A program made the position numbers and the translations under genes. Source: Saprolegnia diclina VS20 (lineage: Eukaryota). Taken from it: a stretch of DNA of 41,819 bases. Positions 33,855-41,819 of this stretch are shown here, piece by piece. Location: positions 27,283 through 69,101 of the forward strand of contig NW_008246132.1 of the NCBI RefSeq assembly GCF_000281045.1. The letters are read 5' to 3'. The first letter of the stretch is position 1. Each line of letters begins with the position of its first letter. Under the pieces are notes generated by a model that made no database searches, was not told the origin of the DNA, and saw nothing but the letters and a program-made list of their open reading frames with translations.

Positions 33855-35272
33855 TTAGGACAAACTATCGAGACGAATGCACACGTCGAGCGCACTCATG
33901 CGGTCGCTCGGGTCGAATGCCATGCACTGCAGCGCCACATCTCGCATCGTATTGGGGCAGGTGGCCGAGAAGGGCAGTGGCAGCCGTCGGTTGCGCCGGA
34001 CCTTCTCCATCATCTGCGCTGCTGTCCACCCTTGTGCTTCTTGGTACGCGGCGAAGGGAGCGTCGTGCTGGTCCATCTCCCAGAGAAGCGTCCCGAAGGC
34101 ATACAGGTCTGCAGCCTCCGTCACGACGTCGCCGTGCAGCACCTCGGGCGCGACCCAGCGAAAGCGCTCCGACCCGAGCAAGAGCGCGTCGCAGCTGCCG
34201 TCGAGGCCGTGGCCGATGAGCTTGGCGTGGCCGCTCAGGTCGACAAGCACGTGCGACGACGAGAGCCGCGCGTGTCGCAGCGAGAGAGCGTGCAGGTGCC
34301 GCAAGCCCAGTGCAACGTCCTTGGCAATGCAAAGCTGCGATGGGACATCGAGTCGTTGACGCTGATAGAGCGATCGGAGGTCGCCGCCTGCCATGAACTC
34401 CTTGACAAGCGCCAAGTCGAAGCGCCGGACCCACGTACACCCGAGGACCTGGACGAGGTACGGGCTTTCTAGTCTAGTCGTTGGATGAAATCACAGGCGT
34501 GCAAGTGAAAAGACGTAGTACGTCGAGTGCAGAAGCAGCTCGTGCTGGAGGTTGAGGACAATGTGCGTGCGATCGCGCTTGCATGTGGGCGAGAGGCGCT
34601 TGATGGCGACGGGCGACCCTTGGTATGCGCCAAGCATGATGTCGGTGAACTCGCCGGCCGCAAGCGTCGTTGCTGTCGCCGTAACCTTGGCAGTGTCGAT
34701 GCGGTAGAGGACGACGTCGCCCATATCGACCGCGAGCGTCTCGGCAAACGCAGTCGAGCCCAGTATCGGCGGCGTCAGCTCCACGCGGTGCTTCTCGGTC
34801 GAGAGGACGACCATGCTGTCCGTGTCCACCGGCGTCTGCAGGAACCGGCGGCGCACGAGGACGAGAAGGAGCGTGCACGCCAGCGCAAGGGCCACGCCGA
34901 GTGCGATCGTTGGTAGGCAGCTCTGGTCCGAGACGGAGTCCGGTCGGACGACGGTGACGGCCGCCGTGATGGTCGGCGTCGCCGTGGCGTTATCCAGGCG
35001 CCGTACAAGGTCTACGCTGGCTGCAGAACAAGCTTGACACGGCGAAGCATACCTCTATGCGCGAGCGGTGCGCACGCAAAGGGCTCGTCCGCGCAGGCGA
35101 GCGTCGTCCACGGGGCTACCGGCGGCGGGGTCTGAAGCGCCTCGCAGCGCAGCAAGGTGGGAAGGCGCCTGCAAGCCGAGATGTTCGTGTCGCTGGCCAG
35201 ACACTCGATGGTCGACGACCGCCGTCGTACGAGGCCAAAGGCGCCTCGCCGCAGGGCTACGCAGGTGGTCAT
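33855..35272 (-). CDS. Receptor-like pseudokinase K4: one 6-Cys module, TM, catalytically degenerate TKL domain
   Basis: MTTC...RRSSTIEC...C module; TM IALGVALALACTLLLVLV-RRR; MGDVVLYRID; VAIK retained but HRD is HAR and DFG is GHG; RWVAPE retained. Predicted introns 35012-35052 and 34474-34521 give an uninterrupted frame. Confidence 0.85.
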
Positions 35273-35575
35273 GCAGCACGGAAACTGCGCGACGGCGCCC
35301 CACCGCCTGCGACACGCGCCCGACCAGACCAGACCCACATTGCACTAAAAACCTTTTATTGTAGATAAATTGCTACATATAATAGATTTGAATATCGAAG
35401 ATAAGAGGTTTTCCACGCTATTTCTGTTGAAACAAACCCTGTCACAATGGATCCTGCGATGCGGGGCGAGCGCGATTAGGGCTGTCGGCCATCAAATGTC
35501 CATAGCCCTTGCTGTCGTGGACGCTGTGCCATCCAACTTGCTTATAGTGGGGTAGGACTAGGTTAAATACGTCGC

Positions 35576-37530
35576 TTATAAGCAGTACTGGTCTGCGGGC
35601 CGCGGGAGGTGTTGCCGCAGAAGCGACCCGACGTCCATGGCGCTCGGCCGCGCCGACGGGTCGTCCTTCGTGCACGCCACGATGAGCGCGTGGACGTAGT
35701 CGGGGCAGTCGCCAGTCACCTCTTTTCGGTACGCTGCTGGGTGGTGCTGGCCGTCGCGGAGCGCCTGCATAAGGGCAAAATTTGACATTTCAACGAGCTG
35801 CGCATACGGCAAGTCGTGCGTCGCGAGCTCGACGAGCACCATGCCAAACGAGTACATGTCGGCGGCGACCGTATACTTTTGGTCGCGAAAGACCTCGGGC
35901 GCGGCCCAGCGGAAGGTGCCCACGCCCATGGTCATGGTGCCGTGGTCGCTTACGGTGCGCGAGACGCCAAAGTCGGTGAGCTTGGCGCGGAGGCTGCTCG
36001 TGAGGAGGACGTTCCGGGCCTTGAGGTCGCGGTGCACAATGTCCATCGAGTGCAGATACAAAAGCCCGTCGAGCACATCCAGCGCGATCTGGAGCTTGAG
36101 CTTGGGCCAGCACTGCGGCGTGTTGGGCTCGCGCGTCAAGAGCCCGCGGAGGTCGCCGCCTTCCATGTACTCGACGACCATCTCAATGTTGCGCGGTCGC
36201 ACCCAGCTCGCACCGATGAACTGCACAATGTACGGGCTCTCGAGCCTAGAGGGTCATGTGAGATCATTGCAGCTGTGAGAGTGGAGGACATACCGAGAAC
36301 TGAGCTTGATCTCGTCAATGAACGACTGGACGCTCTCCGGTGTGATCTCGCCGAGTTGCTTCTTGATGGCCACGTGCTGCGTCTGCTTGTAGAGACCGAG
36401 CGAGACGACGCCGTTGGCGCCCGTCGCGAGCGTCTTGATGTGCACAAGCTGCGTCTCGTCGAGGCGCCAGAGCGCGAGGTCGCCCATGTCGAGCGAGATG
36501 CCGAGGATCGTGTCGTTGCGGACGCTGCCGCCAGACGAGAAGGAGCCGGCGATGACCGCGTCGCGCGGCCGATTGATGATCGCAGCCGTCGGCGGGAGAC
36601 TGTCGTGGACGAGCGACTCCTTGGGCTGCTGGTCGTCGAAGCCCGGCGGGCGGTCGTGGTGCATCTCGGAGGACGGGTACTCGATCGTGAGCATCTGCTT
36701 GGGCCCTTCGTAGAAGCTGCTCGACGAGAGCGACCGGTGGTACTGCCGCCGCATGCGCGCAAAGAAGGCGACGCTTCCGATGAAGACGACGCAGACGAGC
36801 ACGATGAGGAGGATCGTCGTCGTTGACACTAGACAGCATCATGATGAGATGACGAGTGCCACATGCTAGCGAACTTACGCGACGAGCCACTTGATGACGG
36901 CGGCAACGTCGTGGCGTTGGCCGTGTTGTTGGCGAACGAGTGCAGCACCGATTGGCACCAGCGGTACGTGGTCGAGGGCGGCGACGCTGGCGGGTCTTTG
37001 AGCACTGCGGCGCAGCTAAGGCCCGGGCCCGTCCCATTCGCGAGTTGCAGTGCGCGCGTCCAGCAGTCTTTCGAGGACGCAAACCACATGCACTCGGTCG
37101 ACGACGCAGCGAGACACTCGACGCCGGCAACGGCATCGATCGCAGTCAGCGTCACCTGCGTCGGCGCGAACGTCGAGCATGTCCATGCGTTGGCAAGCAC
37201 GGGCACAATGTACTCCGTCGCGTTGTTGGGCGTGATCGGCATGGGCGCGGACCCGTTCATGATCTGCTGGCGGAAGTCGCTGCACCAGCCCGACTTGGCC
37301 GTCGAGTAGTCGGCGCACGTGATGGTCGCGAGGCCATTCGGGTCGACGGCAGTGCACTCGGACTTGGAGTTGAACCACGCGCACGAGCTCGCGACGGCGC
37401 TGGGCGAGATGCACATGACGTCAAAGTCGTCGTTGAGCGCGGCTTTGGCCCACTTGGCAAAGGCTCTTCCGGCCACGTCGGTGCCCCTGTGCTCGAGACA
37501 CTGCCAGGTACGACTGCCACCACTGCTCAT
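35576..37530 (-). CDS. Receptor-like TKL kinase K5: two 6-Cys modules, TM, intact kinase
   Basis: WQC...DFDVMC...CAW...SGWC and WTC...GVEC...CMW...RWC; TM ILLIVLVCVVFIGSVAFFA-RMRR; MGDLALWRLDE; TGANGVV, VAIK, HRDLKARN, DFG, APE. Predicted introns 36829-36878 and 36246-36293. Confidence 0.9.
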
Positions 37531-38468
37531 CTCACCAAGTGCTGGCGTCTGTGCTGGATCGAATGTAGCCGTGCCCCGGGTCACAAAAGATACGTTTTGG
37601 TGCAAACTCCTATGTGCCCCGGGGTGCGACGGCGACGCGACGAGGTGGCCAGTGCCACCTGGCGCGACGGAACGACACGCCCAATCGAACGCGCGGCCCG
37701 AGACACAGCGTCTTCGGCGGAACCGTCCGGCGACGATCGCCAGGTGCAAGTCACAACCACAACCGCGTTGATGCAGGTGTCCTTGCCTAGTTCTTTTGCT
37801 AATCTAACAAGTTCAAGAGGCTCGCAACAAAGCTACAAGTGTGTATGTCGAGTTGATGGCCGTGGGTCGCGACACCGATGCACAAGCCGACGACGCGACA
37901 TGCGTGACCGACGTCGATCGGGTGCGACTTGGATGAGCGTCGTAATGCCTTGTGTAACGAGGAAGAGAGCGGCCACTGCCAGCTCAGCTAGCCCAGCCAT
38001 GCGGCCACCCGTGACGCTGGGCTACTATCATCCGCGGTGCGGTGAACACTCGGCACACCCGCGACGCTGGCAGCAAGAACGCGTCTCGTAGCGCCACCCG
38101 TCGTCACCGGTGGATTCTTGTTGAGGTGCACGCATGTCTATGGCTACGTACCAAGAGTAGCTTCCAAGTTGATTGTTCCACTGGCATGCGAGGGCTGGGG
38201 GTAGCTCGGTGCTCGTGACGCGGCCGTCTAGTATTACATCGATAGCCAGCTTTGCGAGAGGGTTGCCTTCTGGAGAGATCGCAACGCTACTAGCCGCTCC
38301 TACGTCTTGATTGACGAGGGAGGCGCGAGACGACGCCACCTTGAAGCAGAGGTGCACTGAGCCCTGTGGCTCGCTCATCGAGGCCTGTGCCTGCACGAGA
38401 AGAAGGTATCTGAGTTGGTTACGCACTGTACACGTACACAAGAGTCAACGCGTCACAACAGACTACAA

Positions 38469-38510
38469 ACCAGCGACGATAATTCGGCTACCAGCGACTA
38501 TAATTCGACT
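38469..38510. repeat. 21-bp imperfect tandem duplication
   Basis: ACCAGCGACGATAATTCGGCT / ACCAGCGACTATAATTCGACT. Confidence 0.85.
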
Positions 38511-38720
38511 AGAGGTAAACGTCTACTAGTACGTCAAAGGTCGATGGGTCCAGTAGATGCAAGTGGCGACCCTGAAAGCGGTGGCGAGAACGGGTCGTAG
38601 ACCACCACCCTGGCGTACCAAGCTCCTTCTTCTTCTTGCCTACGCATACGAGGGATCTGAGTCGGACCGTCGTGGGTGGCGACGGCCTGTAGATTCCTTG
38701 CCGTCGCAGGAGCATGAAGC

Positions 38721-38737
38721 CTCATTCTGCCATTTCC
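38721..38737 (+). promoter_or_regulatory. Oomycete Inr+FPR core promoter element
   Basis: CTCATTCTGCCATTTCC immediately upstream of ATG 38739. Confidence 0.7.
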
Positions 38738-38738
38738 G

Positions 38739-39962
38739 ATGCGGTCGCCACTCGCCTTTGTCTGTTGTTTGCTCGCGTCGGTGTTTGCCGCTGAGACGCT
38801 CGACGCTGCGTCGCTCGCGATCGCTGCCGACTTGCAAAACATGATGGCGCAGGGCCTTACGCGCAACAACACGGCCGCCGCCATTCGGCACATTCAGGCG
38901 GCCCCCGCGCTCTCCGACGCCGCCATTGCGCGGGTGTGGGAGACGGCGCACAACGGTGGCCTGCCCGTGCTCTCGGACCTCTTGGTCAACGGCAGCATTG
39001 CGCTCGACCTCCAGAGCATCGCGGCCAACGGCCTCACGCCGGCCAACGGTGCCAGCCTCGTCAACAATGTCCAGTTGGCGATCGACCTCGGAACGCTCAT
39101 CGTCAAGGACGGCGCCGCGCTCATCAACGCGATCCGCGATATCATCAAGAACCCGAACCTGAGCAACGGCGCGACGATCGTCAGTGCGATCCAAAGTCTT
39201 ATTTTGAATGTCGCGGGGCTTCTAGACCCCAACCCGAAAGTGTGCCGCCGCCAAGGTGTCGGCCGTGGCGCCGGGTCGCCCGTTGTGAGCCAGTGTCTGC
39301 CCGGCGAGGAGGCATACGGTGCGCTCTGCTACCCCAAGTGCAAGGACGGGTACGAGGCAGTGGGCTGCTGCATCTGCCGCAAGAAGGGCTGCGGCGGCGT
39401 CGACGGCGCCAATGACATCGGTGTCTCGTGCACCAAGCCCAAGGCATACGGCCGTGGCGCCGGCTACGCGCTCTGGGACGAAGACAAGTGCAAGCGTGAG
39501 AGCAGCCAAGGCTGCGAGAAGAACGGGGCTCTGTGGTACCCGAAATGCAAGGCCGGGTTCCACAACGTTGGCTGCTGCATCTGCTCGCCCGACTGCCCCG
39601 AGAGCTTTCTGGACGACGGCGCGTACTGCCGCAAAGACAGCTACGGTCGCGGCGTCGGTGTCTCGCGCCTCGGGTGCCCGAGTAACCTCGAAAAGAGCGG
39701 CCTCTTCTGCTACCCGCCGTGCGCTGCCAACCAAGTCGGCGTCGGTCCCGTGTGCTGGCCCAACTGCGTGTCGCCCACCGGTGCCGACTGTGGTCTCTTC
39801 TGCGCATCGACCGTCGCGACGTGTGTGAGCACGACGGTTGACATCCTCGGGTCCTCGGCCAAGATCACGCTCGCGCTCGTCTCGCAAGACTACATCGGCG
39901 CCATCGGCTCGATCATCCAAGTCGGCGGCAAGTACTTGTCACTCGACACGTGCCCCAAGTGA
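38739..39962 (+). CDS. Secreted cysteine-rich repeat protein A (407 aa; three GxL(C/W)YP(K/P)C-type repeats)
   Basis: Signal peptide MRSPLAFVCCLLASVFA; aliphatic helical N-domain; repeats GALCYPKCKDGY..VGCCIC, GALWYPKCKAGF..VGCCIC and GLFCYPPC....VGPVCW, each preceded by (Y/V)GRG(A/V)G; hydrophobic/amphipathic C-terminal helices. Confidence 0.88.
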   Translation: MRSPLAFVCCLLASVFAAETLDAASLAIAADLQNMMAQGLTRNNTAAAIRHIQAAPALSDAAIARVWETAHNGGLPVLSDLLVNGSIALDLQSIAANGLTPANGASLVNNVQLAIDLGTLIVKDGAALINAIRDIIKNPNLSNGATIVSAIQSLILNVAGLLDPNPKVCRRQGVGRGAGSPVVSQCLPGEEAYGALCYPKCKDGYEAVGCCICRKKGCGGVDGANDIGVSCTKPKAYGRGAGYALWDEDKCKRESSQGCEKNGALWYPKCKAGFHNVGCCICSPDCPESFLDDGAYCRKDSYGRGVGVSRLGCPSNLEKSGLFCYPPCAANQVGVGPVCWPNCVSPTGADCGLFCASTVATCVSTTVDILGSSAKITLALVSQDYIGAIGSIIQVGGKYLSLDTCPK

Positions 39963-40790
39963 GTGTTTAGCAGCGAGCACTCAACTCGTACTAAAATGAC
40001 GTGGACGAAAGGGTGCTGAATGTGTGCAATGGGGTTACAAAGAAGGGTTCACTCAAGGGAATTCCCTTGGGTTCACTCGAGCAGGATGACGGGTGTCAGG
40101 CCAGTGTCGCCGAGTTATCCTATTCCGGTGCGCTGGACGCTCCAGACACGTTTGGCATCGCACCAGCTCTTAAAAGAATAGGTATGCGAAGCTAGCGTCC
40201 TCGCTTTTGCACCTGCGTGGTACAAGATAGGAGCACACCTACTACATGTGTATCGTCGCTAAATGACAGATGGAGGGTTGGGGCATCGCTCGACTGCGCC
40301 GTGTGACGCGCTGCGTACCAAGAGCCAGCGGCCCGCGAGAGATCACGAACACCAATTCCGACAGGCTACGATTGCAGCTGCGAGCGTCCATGAGCGAGAA
40401 AGAGCCTGTTTGAAGCACAGATGCACCCGCGATGCCCATCAAAGGATGCAACCTATTACTGTTGACCAGCACGTCTTCTTCCGCACCTGTTATCTTGAAA
40501 CGTATGGGTACTAACGCACCGACCGGTATGTGCACAGCCAACGTGTCGAGGCGACTGCATCGACATCGACTCGTACATGTCGTCTCTACGGTTTGGTGCC
40601 GTCGCACGAGGTGTCGGGAGCTTAAATCCGCCCAGAAACCAGATTCACGTACCGCAACGCCTACGCGATATCTGAGTCTGATCCGGAGGTGGGTAAAATC
40701 GAATCGAGATCCCGCGCGCGGATCGGCTGTCGCTCCGTACAGCACTGGGCGATACCTACAGGTTTGGATCTTTTCATTGTACATTTTCCT

Positions 40791-41690
40791 ATGCAGTGGA
40801 CACTTGCCTTTGCTCTCTGCGCCGTCGCCATGGTCCACGCCATCGACGCTGCGCCACATACCCTCCAAGGATCGCCCGTGCTATCCGACGCCACGACGTT
40901 GACCTCTGCCGGCAACAGCAGTCTCAGCGTCAGCGGCAGTGCAGGTGCTATTGCGCTCGACCTCCAAACTATCGCAGCCAACGGCCTCTCGCTGGCCAAC
41001 GCCGCGAGCCTTCTCAACAGCGTCCAGTCGGCCATCGACAGCGGGATCCTCGACGTCAAGGACCCGGCTGCGCTCATCAGTAGCATCCGCGACGTCCTCC
41101 AAAGCCCCAGCACAAGCGACGGCGCAGCGATCGTCGACGCAATCGTGGCGCTCCTCCGCGCGGCGGTGCAGGTGGACCCCAACCCTAAGGTGTGTCGTCG
41201 TCAAGCCATTGGTCGTGGAATCGGGTCGCCCGCCGCGACTCAGTGCTTGACCGACGAGGACAAATACGGCGCGCTCTGCTACCCAAAGTGCAAGGAAGGC
41301 TACGAGGCGTTTGGCTGCTGCATCTGCCGCAAGAAGGGTTGTGGCGGTGCTGATTGCGCCAAGGACAGCTATGGCCGCGGCGTCGGCGTCTCGCGCCTCG
41401 TGTGCCCTGCGAATCTCGAAAAGAGCGGCCTCTTCTGCTACCCGCCGTGCGCGCCACGCCAAACCGGTGTCGGAGCCTTTTGCTTTCCCGACTGCGTGTC
41501 GCCCACCAGCGCCGACTGCGGCCTCTTTTGCACGTCGACCGTCGCGACGTGCGTGAGCACAACTGTCGATATCCTTGGGTCGTCGGCCAAGATCACGCTC
41601 GCGCTGGTTACGCAAGACTACATTGGCGCCATCACCTCGCTCATCCAAGTCGGCGGCAAGTACTTGTCACTCGACAAGTGCCCCAAATGA
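40791..41690 (+). CDS. Secreted cysteine-rich repeat protein B (299 aa; paralog of A lacking the middle repeat)
   Basis: Signal peptide MQWTLAFALCAVAMVHA after Inr/FPR-like TTCATTGTACATTTTCC; near-identical C-terminus to A (STVATCVSTTVDILGSSAKITLALV.QDYIGAI.S.IQVGGKYLSLD.CPK). Confidence 0.88.
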   Translation: MQWTLAFALCAVAMVHAIDAAPHTLQGSPVLSDATTLTSAGNSSLSVSGSAGAIALDLQTIAANGLSLANAASLLNSVQSAIDSGILDVKDPAALISSIRDVLQSPSTSDGAAIVDAIVALLRAAVQVDPNPKVCRRQAIGRGIGSPAATQCLTDEDKYGALCYPKCKEGYEAFGCCICRKKGCGGADCAKDSYGRGVGVSRLVCPANLEKSGLFCYPPCAPRQTGVGAFCFPDCVSPTSADCGLFCTSTVATCVSTTVDILGSSAKITLALVTQDYIGAITSLIQVGGKYLSLDKCPK

Positions 41691-41819
41691 GCTACCGTGT
41701 CGAACGAGCTCGCTTTCAAGTAACATAGCGTTAACAACATGAAACCAGTTGTCTGAGTTGCCCAGATGTGAACGATGGCAGATTGTGAAAATCGCCTGTT
41801 GCCACCCAACAACTCTATG

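Noticed and set aside
37750..38700. ORFs in the K5 / secreted-gene spacer (e.g. 38028-38441 minus) and in 33350-33830 and 40000-40700
   Set aside because: No family motifs, weak codon bias and non-ATG starts; treated as intergenic or unidentifiable relics.

Overview
Eukaryotic, GC-rich, gene-dense genomic DNA with very short (41-53 bp) GT-AG introns and oomycete-type Inr/FPR core promoters; the gene families point to a Saprolegniales oomycete (Saprolegnia/Achlya-like; inference). Left to right: a frameshifted, deletion-riddled GCN1 pseudogene; a multi-pass membrane protein (paralog at 26.3-28.2 kb); an ankyrin-repeat gene; a 1,564-bp non-autonomous DNA transposon with ~70-90 bp TIRs and an exact 9-bp target-site duplication; an orphan 3-exon gene; Integrator subunit 6; condensin subunit CAP-G; a claudin-like tetraspan protein; an assembly gap; two small C-C-H-C-H zinc-finger-like paralogs; and a CSRNP-N-like protein. 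These are followed by a tandem array of five TKL receptor-like kinases (23.5-37.5 kb, minus strand) and two divergently transcribed secreted cysteine-repeat paralogs. The kinase array is the most interesting system. Its five members share a highly divergent 6-Cys ectodomain module and the same two-intron structure. One member is a clear pseudokinase, one has non-canonical catalytic motifs, and four lack a signal peptide. All family calls come from motif recognition by eye, with no database search; exon boundaries are manual predictions.
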